Part shown: positions 19,856 to 32,794 of the stretch, in pieces
Position numbering within the stretch: position 1 is the first letter of the stretch
Layout of the letters: each line of letters opens with the position of its first letter
Assembly: GCA_977030845.1 (NCBI GenBank)
Contig: OZ365116.1
Coordinates: forward strand, 22,878,001 to 22,942,000
Direction of reading: 5' to 3'
DNA: 64,000 bases
Origin: Fimbriosthenelais zetlandica
Lineage: Eukaryota
Notes under the pieces: model-generated
Told to the model about the DNA's origin: nothing
The model's database searches: none
Seen by the model: only the letters and a program-made list of their open reading frames with translations
Translations under genes and position numbers: made by a program

Positions 19856-22853
19856 AAATACATCTATATAATACCTGGCTCCCTGTAAACCAATGTTAAA
19901 GTTTATAGTCTCACTGCATTTATAAACAGAGAAATCCCAGAAATATACTCAAATAGATCTATATTTAGACGCACGATCAGTACGAGGAAATACCTATACA
20001 TGTAATATGTATGACGTCAGTTAAGTTATATAGTTACATCCATATGAAAGTCTCAATTCAAACGTCAGCTTCATTATTACTTAATTCAAATCCATGTTGT
20101 TCCCCTGGGCTTTGCCAATGCACACAAATAAAATTTATTTTTCTACACTTCTTTATATTGATGTTATAATTTTCTTTAAAATATAACCTCAAATGTCGTT
20201 ACATCACTAAGGTGATGTGTATAGAACAGAGTTACTATTTATACATGCCTTAATACAACCTTGTTAAAATTAGAGTCATGTTCCATACAAGAAGCATTGG
20301 AGTCATTACTTTGATAAATCTGATTAGAATGTATGTCTTCTGTGCTGCTGTTAATGCCATATTCAGCAGCCAACATGAGGCAGATGATTAAACCCCGGGG
20401 CAGTTTTCAGACCATAGCGGGAACCATCTGATCTGCTTCCCTTGAGGGTGTGGGTAGTGGTAGGGTGGGGGTATGGAGGGGTGGGTCGGGCTGGGTCCTA
20501 GTTTATACATACTGCCTTATTGGGGTGAAAATGGAAATACCAGACTTGGTCCCAATCCACACTTCCTCTTTTTTGACAAGGAAAAAGACAAGGATAGAAT
20601 TCTCCTGAGGTTGACCTCAAATCCCACCCCAACCGCCTGGTTCTACGCTGTATAATACTCCCTTTGTGAAGTCCCTTTTATATTTATTCTGAAACACTCT
20701 GGGGAAACTAACTGTGGGAATATAGTCAATTTTTACCCATATTATTTATTATATCGTTTGAATTTTATCTTACTTCCACCTAGTATATGGGTCAATCTTC
20801 TCTCAGGGGGCCTATGCAATATATGATACTGCAGATGTGTAGTAATTATTTTATATTGAACCCAGTAACACTAAAAATGACTCTCCCTAGGAAGCTTGAT
20901 GATCAGAGGTAGAACGTGTACTACATTTTATAGACAATAGATTGTTGGCTATATTGTATTAGAACATCTTTGTTATAGTGGTACTCTCACTCCACCCCAC
21001 CCTCTCTATCACCCTACAGGAGACAGCATGAGGCGACCAAGGTACGTTCATTTAACATTACTGGGTTGTTTCTTAAAATTAAGCCTTAAGTTTTAATTAA
21101 GCCTTAATTTCCATATGGACATAATAATTCAAAATGACCTCTATTTTGATGGTACATAGTTTTTTCACACACCAATGCCCCTCCCTTTCCATTGATATCT
21201 ATGGGAGGAAAGCTATATCACGACCTGTAGAAAGGTATGAATCATATCCGAAACCCACCCATTGGTTTCGAGAATCCATTATCTAGCTTATTATTATCCG
21301 CAGACTTTAATAATTTAATAGAATGCACCCTACATTTGTTAAAACCACTAACTATGTACAATGTATACTGTTTAGTGTGAATATACCGACGCAGTATATA
21401 TTCAGGATCCCCCCATCGAAAGATTTTTTTTTGAATTCTCATTTGCTAAAACATCCGTCAACTGTATCCTTGTTAAAGGACGGGGAAGTCCCTGGTCTCT
21501 AGCCCCTCCTCCTCTCACAGTTAATAATCACTCACTCTCAACTCTTATCAATGTTCCTTATTGACCAGTCTTTGTTGTAGAAGCTGGTCTTATCAGATTA
21601 TCGTTATATTTACTAATACATAAGCTTCAGGTTGATTTATCAACTCATTGTCACTTTAAAGGCAACATTACTTTCCTCTTCTCTTTTGAACTTCTTTCTT
21701 TTTCATCTTCTTTCTCTTTTACCAGTAATAAATAACCCAAGATGATGTCCTAGTTCCAAATAACTGTATATACAGTGAGTTCATCGGACAAGGAAAAGAA
21801 TGAAATGGTCCAATATATCAAGTTGAAAACCTGTGGTGTTAAACCAATATTCGTTAAAGTAAAATGTCTACTTGGTGCCTGGACAATTATGTAGCTGCAC
21901 GGATCAGTGATTTCCTAACGTTTTTACCGCCAACCAGAGTCAACCATACAGAACCAACCAGGCTGGTTATTCCCCTACCCCCCTAACTGTCAAAATTCCA
22001 CTCGTGACTAAAATTCTTATTTCCCCTTCGTTTCAGGTATCTATATACTGTCTACAAAAATATCATTTATTAGAACAAAAAATATATATAGTGGAAAAGG
22101 TAAATTTACCAGACTTTGTAAAATATTTATTATCCCATATATCCGTTATATTTTGTTACGGCTGATACTGAGAATATTACCATAAAATCAGAAAGATACA
22201 TCAATACAGTGTATACATCTATTAAAAACAGAAAGATTGGCAATGGCAAATGAGGCGATATAAGATAAAGCTGACTCATATATATAATGTACCACGACTC
22301 GAAAATATACATGTACGACATGATCATCTCTATTTAATTTTATGGCATCCGATACAAACTAAAACTCTGAACCATAATGTACGTTCATTCTTTGGATAAC
22401 GGGTAAGATCGTGTGTCATGTAGATTGAGATCTAGCAACTAGATCCTGGCAATAATCTGGACTATTTTTCATCAATTCAGGGGAAGAATTTATATGCATT
22501 TGAAAGGAATGTGCGAATAAATATTATGTTAAATAAGTATGAGCATGACCATTGCTTTGTGTATAAATTAAAAGCCATATATACGATTTGAAACAAAAAG
22601 AAAATAGAACAAGCCAAACCAAGTAACAATGTTAAATATTTTAAGATAAATCATTTAAGATACTAAATTGGTCATACACATATTTTCATCTTCCTAATGA
22701 CCATAATATTAGTCTGAAACTTTGCCCCATTTCTTCTGTGTTGAAATCATAACATACCGATCAAAAAAAGAGGATATAAACTAAAAACAACAACACCCAT
22801 GTCTAATTTTGGTGACGTTAAGTAACAAGGTCAATTCCACATTAATCTATCAA

Positions 22854-25607
22854 TTAGAATGGTGGCACCCAACCTCCAAAAGCTTTTTCCAGTTCCCGTG
22901 CCACAGCAATGGTGATGTGGTCCCTGTAGAAATTCCCCACAACCTGGAACCCTAAAGGAACCCCGAGACTTCCCAGCCCCATGGGTACCTGTGTGCTCGG
23001 CAGCCCTAAGATATTATAGATAGCAGTGTAGTTCCAATTAAACGGCAAGGATATGGCTTGGTTGTGATATAATGCCACGTTAGGGCTTGTAGGGTATAGA
23101 AACACGCCATTATCCCCGAGTAGTTGTTTGAACTCTTCTTGTAATTTTCTGGCCATTGTCCGTAAGCGTTGGACTTCTGCCTCAGGGAAGGGGACTTTCT
23201 CCAGGAGGCCCAGGCCAATAGCTGGCAGGGTATGGCGGGGACAACATAATAACCAGCGGAGCAGCTCGGCTGCTGGGTTGACTGGGGTACCACGACCCAT
23301 GAGGGAGCAGAAGCTGTCATTGCCAGCTGACCCCATCAGAGCTGACCAGATGTCTATAGATTTGTTTAACAGGGAAAGGTGGACTTTTTGAGCTGGGGTT
23401 CCGGTCACATGACCAAGGTGGTCAGCCGCCTGTATGAAGGAAAAGAACGAATGGATATAAGTTATTAAGTCATATAGTTATTCACCTCATTCTTCACTTT
23501 TATATAAAAATACGTGTCCATAAAATAGATTGTTCTTGAACTGAATGTAACTGTGGAATGCAAATGATACCCTTCAGGAATTATTAGATTTAGAGAAAAG
23601 AATTTTCGGTACCTTTAGAATAGAAGCCTGTATTTCAGCATCGACTGGACTGGAGAGTAGACCTCCACCGTTATCTAACATATAATACACTCTGACATCT
23701 GTCAAATCAACCTGCCAGCAAAGAGTAAACATACAAGATAAAGTATCACAGAGGAAATCATCACAAACAATGAAGGGACAAAGTCATTAAGCGTTTGGGT
23801 TTTGCCTGGAGAATTGAAGGTTGGACAGAGCTATGAAGTACAGTATAGATTAGAACTGTTAGGGTAAGGAAGCTATGAGTATACCTGTTGATGAAGGGAC
23901 AGTTTGTTTCTGCCTTCCCCGGCCATAATGTTCAACATGGGTAAGAGGTCTTCAGCATAACGACACATAGGTCCAGTAACCAGGTAATCCTTCACCAAAC
24001 CCTTCCCATTAGGGAACTGACCAGTGTTGTCCACCACACCTAGAAAAGATCAAAATTATAAAAGTATTAAAATTAAAACTATAAGTGTATTCAGGTATAT
24101 TTGTAAATTAATCAGAAAAGATCAGACGCTTTGTTTAGGCTCAGTACTTACAATATGTAGGGCGATGACCAAATATTCCATTGAAGAAAGAAGGTAAGCG
24201 AATACTGCCTCCAACATCAGACCCCACGCCTATAACAGAGCCAGCAGCAGAGATAATAGAACCCTCTCCACCTGAAATATAAAATGGAATTTAATTCATA
24301 AAAAAACATAGATAGACTGTGACACACTAGCAAGAATACATGCATTCTGAAAAGAAATACTACAAGAAACAGGAAAAATATTATTCTCAGGGAAATTTCT
24401 ACTAATATATTATTAAGAGTTAAATCCCACGGGAAATACAATTGAAAATGAATAGATAGACGTACCTGAGCTGCCGCCTACCATTCTGCCCTGGTGGTAG
24501 GCGTTATTAGTACGTCCATAGAGAAGGTTAGAAGATTCCATCCACATACATAACTCACTACAGTTAGTCACGGCCACGGGGATGGCCCCAGTCTTCACAA
24601 GGTGATCCACCACTACAGCGTGCTTACATGCTTTAACGTCCCGGCGCGACAACAAGCCTGATGTGTTAGGCATGCCTGTAATATAGAGTGAACAGTGAGT
24701 CATCTACACTTGTAAAGGTGAACTGTATTTAGTTACAGAAATATGTACATTTAGAAGCCTTGGAAGGGGTCATATTAGTCATAAATATCACTGTCATTTC
24801 TCAGGAGAAAAGATAGTTTATCATAATTTGCAAAAATCTATTTATAATTATAGCGTTTTCAAAATTATATTTGTACATTTATTATACCAATTGAGAATAT
24901 AAATATTTAGAGCATTGGGCCTAGGGTACCTTCAATAGCAAATGCTTCCTTGGCAGTGAAGGGCACACCAAGAAATGGAGCGTTTTTCTCAGAATATTCC
25001 TCAGGAATCTGCTTTGAGAGGATCATGGCATCAACATCCTTGGCTTGTTGTAGAGCATCAGCAAAGCGCTCTGACACCACAGCGTTAAGAAAGGGGTTGA
25101 CTTCTTCTATCCGAGCTATGAAGGTTTCCATCACCTCAAAACAACTCACCTACAAACATGGTAACAATGTATTATCAAGATGTCAGTTTAAGAATAAAAT
25201 TATCATTGCAGCACTAAAAGATAACGAAGTCATTGAAGAGAAAGAGTGAGACATTTTCAAGCTAGTCTAGCTAGCACACGGTATCTCTATCAAGATATCA
25301 GCTCACTGCAAAATCGAAACTGAAAGAAGAGACGGATAACAGAAAATAATAAAAACAGCTACTTCCTTACTTTTGACTGGCGTATCATTTTGGATATTTG
25401 TACAGCACTTTTCTCCAGTATGGCATGTTTGAGTGGAGGTAGGCGTTCCTGGCGTTTAGCCTCGAAGAACCAGGCAAAGATAGGAGATGTTAGTTTGTGG
25501 ATAGCCATGAGGATGAAATGTACAAAGTACAAGACGGCTTCTTTGACCAGTTTCATCTTGGTGCTGTCTGATGGAGCTTGGCCTACTTCGTTCCCAGTAA
25601 CATCCAT
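22854..25607 (-). CDS. FAAH2: Fatty-acid amide hydrolase 2-like amidase, ~538 aa; complement(join(22854..23429,23613..23711,23885..24039,24152..24271,24466..24675,24930..25149,25371..25607))
   Basis: The amidase-signature Lys-cisSer-Ser triad is intact (GVPFTAKEAF, GGSSGGEG, GSDVGGSIRLP). Also present are TNCSELCMW, GPMCRYAEDL, an N-terminal hydrophobic segment and C-terminal ELEKAFGGWVPP. Exons sum to 1617 nt with consistent phases. The true start could be a later Met. Confidence 0.92.
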
Positions 25608-26373
25608 CTGTTAAAAGAGAAAGTAACTCATGAACATGTTATCTATCAAGTGACATCCAACCACTCCACTAAACCGACGATGTTGGTCCCATTTATCTTT
25701 TTATAAGTTTAGTTTAAATACCCACATTTGCGACAACCTCATTATAGAGACCACTTTTGGTCAGTTACACGGGCGGTCATTTGAAGGGGCGGGGGGTGGG
25801 GGAGCATAGTATAAAAGTTAATTTAAGGGCAATTCCCAAAAGAAGCAAAGTCCCAAAGAGTAAATTTAAAAAATTAAAGTTAATTGCATTTAGGGGATTT
25901 TAGGGAACCACCAGACTCGATAAGATAAGCCTATACTATAGCAGCATAGCTATCTTGAAGGGGTCATTTATGTGGGAGATGGTAGACCCCTCCCTGTAGC
26001 CGCAGGCCCAGGGTATCCTTGCTGGGACGAGGGGCCAGGGTTGAGACAGATCTCCCTAATCTAGCCAGTATAACCAGCTGACATAAGTACATGACAGGTG
26101 TCATTGGAAGGTGAGATTAATGGTGACATCATATCTAAAGTGAAACCGTAACGTTCATCAGATTATTCACCTTTATAGTACGTGTCACACCTTGAGCATG
26201 TCAATGCAGGTAGGCCTCGACCGATACTATCGCCTATGCCTATGGAGACTATGCCAACTGGCAGAAGACAGTCAAAACAAGGACATTCCTAGTGGATATT
26301 TTGGGTTTTTAAACGGATAATAAGGAAATTAACCCGGCAAAATTACGCATAGGCATACACCTTACTCTCTTAC

Positions 26374-26790
26374 CTTCAAAGGTTCAACATTTGAATTTCC
26401 AGAGTGAGTTAGACAGCTAAAACTGGACTTTGATCACCGCTTGTTGGCCTGGTACACTATCCTTGGCCGCCATCTTGTTTTTAGATGTGGTTACGGTGGC
26501 GCCGCTCACAGGTAAAACGTGAACTAGCGAGGTTTTAGAGGGGAAATTCCGAGGTTCTAAAAATAGCATCTGGAAATCCCACTGGTAGCTAGGATCGCCG
26601 TCGACTCATCTAACAAAATGGTGTAGTTTGGCTCATATCGGACGTTTACTAAAGTATAAGACATTTATAAATCTAGATCTATACCCAGAGTATTGGAAAA
26701 TCGGCCGGTCAACATTAAATAAGGTGAGTTAGGGTAAATAATGGAAGATCCATGTGAGTTTTAACGCCTGGGCCGGGGACACTTCCCGGT
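26374..26790. promoter_or_regulatory. Bidirectional promoter and non-coding first exons of FAAH2-like (-) and A20-like (+)
   Basis: Minus-strand donor AAG|GTAAGA at 26374/26373 and plus-strand donor AAG|GTGAGT near 26725. YY1-type motif GGCCGCCATCTTG at 26465-26477. kB-like GGGAAATTCC 26541-26550 and GGAAATCCCA 26572-26581. Confidence 0.6.
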
Positions 26791-28254
26791 AGGGGCGAGT
26801 GCCAGACAGAAGGAAAGGTGTGAATCTGTGAATATCATTGCAAAATCTAATGCTAAATCATTAACTATTTCTCTGTGCAGCATTTCAGAAAGTTGGCTAT
26901 ATGCTCACGGGATACTGTCTTATTTTTATGTCAGTTGACATTCAGTGGAAACATTTCTTTGATGCCTGAAAAGGATGGAATTACCTAGTCTAGCGTCACT
27001 ACCCTGGCCTAGGCCTAGGCTGTATGGTCTATCAATATTTTCATAGGATCACCGCATTTAGTATCAGTAGGCTAAAATCAGGAAGTATTATAACTAGAAT
27101 TTTATGAGGTAAGACTAGTTCTTCTGGCGAAGGAACAAAAAAACACATTGATAAGAAAAACTATTCTTACTACTAGTATATAGGCCTATTATAATGGATA
27201 AACAGTTATAAATAGGCCCTTCTATATCATCTGTCTTCAAGGATCCCTTTGACTCTGTCACCAGGACATGGGTCATTCTGTTTTCTCTTGTTGTGCTTAT
27301 GTGTAATCAAATATTTTATAGGTTGGTCATAGTGCTAGTCATAATATTGAGATTATCACACGGAAAAAGCCCCTTCCGTATCATGTCTATGTAGCCCTAG
27401 TTTCTTCCTCAAACCTGTCATTGTCATAAATGAAAATAGCTTCAAGGATTTTGCAATTAATGCTGATGTAGGCCTGTAATAAATTGTTTAGTTTTTTATA
27501 TTAAAATTTTTATTATTTAAATATTCCAATATTCCCCAAAAATAAACAGACGAAGAACACATATTATGATTTGAGATATTACAATTCCCCAGAATACTGA
27601 AATTTGTGATTTCAACATTAGGCTAAACTCATTCAGTTAACTTCATTGGAATTGTAAACAATAAAACACGCATGATGTAATACAGAAATATTGAACGGGC
27701 GTGCTATATTATGTAGGACTAAACTGGCCTTGGGATTTTCCTCATATTTCCCTTCTCTGTGGCTTGGCACAATTCTTATGTATATAACTAAATTACAGCC
27801 TTTAAGTATATTTAGATTTGCCCCTCGACCTTTCATTGTAATCAGCAACACTCTCATAATAGAGTTATTGAAGGAAGGATAATATATTGGCATTACTCCA
27901 TATCATTGCCATAATTATATTGCTAGACTGGAATAAGGTGCAATGGTTCCATTAATATATATCATTCAGTTGATATAGTCTGCTCTAGACTCAGATCATT
28001 GGATTTGCATTGGAAAATAATTCTAGACAGACTAGAGCAGAATACTATTATTAAGAATAAAAAAAAATCTCTTACTTTCACTACTTAGAAAATAACTATA
28101 CTTTTTATGTATAATTTACATGTATTTTCTTTTTATAAAAATAATATTTGACTATGCCCTTTGATCGAAATACTGATAAATATATCAATTTTATGTAAAT
28201 ATAACTAGCCTTTTAATGTCTGTTTTCAGAAACTTTCCCAGAACCAGAGCCAAA

Positions 28255-31200
28255 ATGGGAGGAAGTAAAGGAGCAAGCACACAGAATGGGGCTACCTCCG
28301 CCCCCAGTACTAGCCTTACCCGTTCAATTTCCATGTGTAACATCGCTAAAACAACCAAACTCCGCCAGGCTTGCCAATCAGATGTCCATCCAGGGGAGTC
28401 CCCATTCTACCTGCGGTACTTCAACACAATGACTACCTACATGGTCATCCTGCCACCTTTACTTGTCATGGTCAAAGTGATCCGCGAAAAACTACAAAAA
28501 CTACTCTTTGATGACTTTATCTGGAATACATTACAAAGAGCTAACATCATCAACTGGTGCCCAACTACTAAACCACTTTATCCTAAATGGACTCGAGGTG
28601 TGCTATTCTTCTATCTTATTTTTAAAGTTTGAAGTGAACGCCCCTTTAAGAAACCGGACTGAGGAGTAGTTTATAAGAATGGGAATTTTCACTTGGCAGC
28701 TGTTGGGACTGTGACCTATTTATAGGACAGGGAAATACCAGTTTTTATACCGATTAACTGCGTATAACGGGACCTAGTGTATTGTGGGATCAAGGAAGTT
28801 AACAAAAGCTATAAATTTGTATTTGTACACCGCCAAACAAATACTAAACTTTTATGTTATTCTGCGCAATAGTCCTTGGAATTATATTCCCCCGGGAATC
28901 CCTTACATATTGGATGTAGTTGGAAACTTGTGAATTGGTTATTTAATCCTGAATCATAGAACAATGAGAAACTAATAATTTAATGGATTGACAACTTTGT
29001 ATTTTCAGGTGATGGTAATTGCTTGCTTCATGCTGTCTCTCTCTATCTCTGGGGCATTCACGATGATCCTCTGTTTTTGAGAGGACTCGTCCATCAAGCA
29101 CTCTGTGAGGACGAATCCAGAGAAGATCTTAGAAGAAGATGGAAAAGAGAGAAATTATACTGGAATTCTACGATACCCGAGGGTGGTCTACAGTTGGACA
29201 GTGAAGTATGTCTTATCCACCTTACAATTAATATAAGTGTACTGACTATGACTGAACTTTGATATTATTTCTGCGCTTACTAAGTGAACTTTGTATTGAT
29301 ATTCCTCTCACTAAGTGACCTTCCATATATGATTTTACTCACCCTGATTGAACTTTACACTGACTAACTGAAGTCTGATATTGATTTTGTAGGAGTGGGA
29401 CCGTGAATGGGCACTAGTCGTTGATCTTGCCCGGGACGAGCGACAAGATGACAGCCCTAACACCCTACCCTACCGCTCCCTGGAGGAGATCCACATCTTT
29501 GTCCTGGCTAACATTATCCGCCGGCCCATCATCGTCCTGGCCGAGCATGTCATCAGGAACATTCAAGGCAGCAGTCTGGCTCCTAATCACGTCGGTGGCG
29601 TCTACCTACCTACACTCTGCCATTCAGACGACTGTGTTAAATCCCCTGTGGTACTGTGTTATGAAAGCAACCATTTTGTGCCGTTACTGAGCATGGAGGA
29701 TGCACCATGTACCAGTCCCCTGGCTGAACGAGCCGTCCACGCCGTGCCTTTAGTCACAGAGAAACTTGAGATCCTACCTGTACATTTCCTCTCAGAGAGC
29801 GAGGAATCTCAGGTGTATGAACTCTTCAAGAAATACCTTGATCTGGTCGAGCTTCCATGGACCAAAAGTGACTCTGTATCTGAGGTGTTAGCCGCACGGA
29901 CCCACTTAAATAGACTTCCCGACGAGATGAACTTAACTGATGATTATTACAAACATATTGAGAGAATATGTAAGGAGGAAAGAAACAGTAGTGAGAGGAG
30001 CAAGGAATCTGATAAAATAATGAATAGAGGTCCACTCTTTGATACCTCAATGGAAGAACACCCCCAAGAGAGGAAGATAGCTAATGCTACCACTGAGGAA
30101 CAAGACCAGATTTTTGACTTTTACTTGAACAACATGGGTGATTTACTAACTGTGAGGGAGGCTAGCAGACCTAGCACTGCTGCTGGATCGAGTAGGGTGA
30201 GAGATGGTGGGACCAGCCCACAAACCAGGGAAAGAAAAGAGCAAGATTTGCCATTGTCAGTGGTGGTTGAACAGTGGAAGTCACAAGAAAGCACTGAGTG
30301 TGTCACAGAGGACTGCAAATACTTTGGACTACCAGAAAGTGGAGGGAGATGCTCCAAATGTGTCTTAGACTACACCATCAAAGTGCAGCCTGAGAAACTT
30401 GGAGTAGCAGAAGCTAAAATCCCAAGTGCTCCTGTCAAAAGAACTTCAAGTTTCCAAGGCATCAACCGATCATTCAGTGATGAGGTGAGGACGGGCTTTG
30501 CTGATATTTCGCCGATAGAGGATCAGAAATGTCTCTACCCTTCATGTTACCTGCGATCATCCCGCACCACGTCCCCATACTGTGTACGACACAAAGATAA
30601 AGGCACTATAGTGAGCAGGCGCCAGCATGATAAAGAAAGAGATGTAGCTTCTTACTATGCACGACAGACCCTGGACACCAGTGGGGAAGGCAGATGTGAA
30701 AGCAGCAGCCTTGAAAGTATTGTTTCCCAGTTTCCAAAAATGTGCATAATTCCACTATGCCGGGAGCATGGAGACCAAAAATCAGAAAATATGTGTGCAC
30801 TGCACTACACTGCTTCATCCGTTAAGGGAGATAGAAATTCACTGCCTACAGATTACAGAAGGGAAGTCCATGATCCCCCAGACTATGAACAGAGGCTGTG
30901 TAACAACAAGCGATGTGCACGTATGGGGGAACCAGGTCTACAAGGTTACTGTGATGATTGTTACCGTAACCTGGACATCACTCAGAACCTCCAAAATGAG
31001 CAGAAGTTAAAAATGATGAAAGCCACTCCCCTGAGAAGCTCAGCCGAGCGTCCCAAATCATGGGCCGTACCAAAAACAAGTTACGGCGAGAAACTGCTGG
31101 AAAATCAAGACAAGGAAATGTCTCCTGCCCCGGGGAAACCTGCTGACAAAGATGTTACTATCAGAGACCCGAAAAAGACTGTTAAAAGACACTATGTTGA

Positions 31201-32794
31201 GACGAAATTGAAAGTTTCCAATTTGGGTCAGACAGAGCCGGTCAAATCCCCCAAAAGGACTTCACGTAAGCATGAATGGCGTGAGCCTTCTGATCCAACA
31301 CCAGATATGAACGATCCTGACATAGAACCTTTACAGAAGTGCACCAAACCAGGGTGTACCGGTATCCAAACTCTAAAACACAGCGGTCTATGCTGGCCTT
31401 GTGTCAAAGAATCCCTCAAACCTACACCACCCAAATCCCCATCCCAGTTACCCGCTCCTGGTTCTAAAGAAAGCCCATCCACATCCAGCCTTTATGTAGA
31501 GAGAAGTTCTATTAGTTCAGAACCCCTGGGTAAGGTACCTCTATATAGGGAAACAACCCTGATTAGAGAGCTTTCACAGCGTCGCCAGAACCCATATACA
31601 ACCCAGACTGGTCCAATCAACAATGGTGGAAATCTACCCAACAGTTCAGCTTATCTAGACCCATCTTCTGGTGAAGAAAGCCTGCCCTCTTCTGGAGAGC
31701 GGCTGAGTTACACCCAGGAACTGATGCATCAACCTAAATGTATCAACCCTTCCTGTAGCAGCCAGGGCCTGGAGATTAATAAGGGACTATGTCAAGATTG
31801 CTTTAATTTCCTAGCCACAAAGGAAACTGTGCAGAGTAATTGGTCCTCCCAAGTACAGCACACCCCAGGCATGTCACTCTTTGTAATCTATTTTTGAGGT
31901 TTTAAATTCTTTTCCTTGTATAAAGTTTTTTCTTGTCTTAGTCACACTCATAAATGACTCCCTTATATTAGTGAATACCCACATCCCAAAAGTCAATAGT
32001 GCATAAATGTTTTTTTTGTCTTTAATTTGTCTGTAATTTTTCTTAAAATGAATTCTCTTTTTTCCCTCACAGGTGAGCTGTTGATGAGGAAGTGTGTGAG
32101 TCCCAACTGTGATATGTATGGGACGCCAGAGAGGGAAGATTATTGTTCCAAGTGTTATACTAAATATAGGACCAGCCGACACCCAGGTACATAACAAAAA
32201 ATACAATAATTAAGTACCATATCAGATAGGCTATCGACTGAAATGAATGAAAGGAACTGCCTTTTCTTCAGCAAGCTTTTGACATTCCCTTGTTCTAAAA
32301 ATTGTAAAAAATATTTCTTAATAATATAAAGTTATATACTATGGACATATACCAATATAAAATTAGATTGTTCATACAAACAGTGCATTATCAGTTATAT
32401 TGATTTGTTTACAGCAGCACCCGGCAGTAGTGGACATACAAGTCTCCTCACTCAACCTACAGATAGTTACTTTGATACTCCGGGTACATCTATTACAGCT
32501 AAACCCTGCTCTAACCACCACTGTACCAGGTTCGGTGATCCCGCCTTTAACGGCTTCTGTTCGGCATGTTATGAGGACTATGGCTATAATTTTGATGTTA
32601 GATTAGATACGGGGAGATTCTCACACGGCCACACCTCCTGTGATTACCTCCCATCCCGTTACACCGACCCCATCCGTACCGATATCAAAAGATGCAGAAA
32701 TATGCGATACACTGGTTGCAATAATTTCAGTCATCTCAACTGTAAAGGTTTTTGTAGGGGCTGCTATGTTGCAATTAGGACAAATATGCATTGA
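28255..32794 (+). CDS. TNFAIP3: A20/TNFAIP3-like OTU deubiquitinase with multiple A20-type zinc fingers, ~1158 aa; join(28255..28597,29009..29205,29393..31835 [or ..31868 via GC donor],32073..32186,32415..32794)
   Basis: OTU catalytic Cys in GDGNCLLHAVSLYLWG, LEEIHIFVLANIIRRPIIV, GGVYLP, and catalytic His in LCYESNHFVPL. These are followed by repeated Cx4Cx11Cx2C fingers. There is no N-terminal UBA. Orthology to A20 rather than OTUD7 is inferred from the multi-finger tail. Confidence 0.85.

Noticed and set aside
20385-22800. Transposon or hidden gene between MSH2 and FAAH2-like (G-rich patch ~20450-20495, exon-like 22-mer near 21020)
   Set aside because: No terminal repeats, no coherent exon chain and no recognisable translation.
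29393-31835. Long uninterrupted exons (also 57855-59320 and 62157-64000) as retrocopies, viral genes or horizontal transfers
   Set aside because: They are bounded by canonical splice sites, phase-compatible with neighbouring exons, and lack RT, integrase, transposase or capsid motifs.
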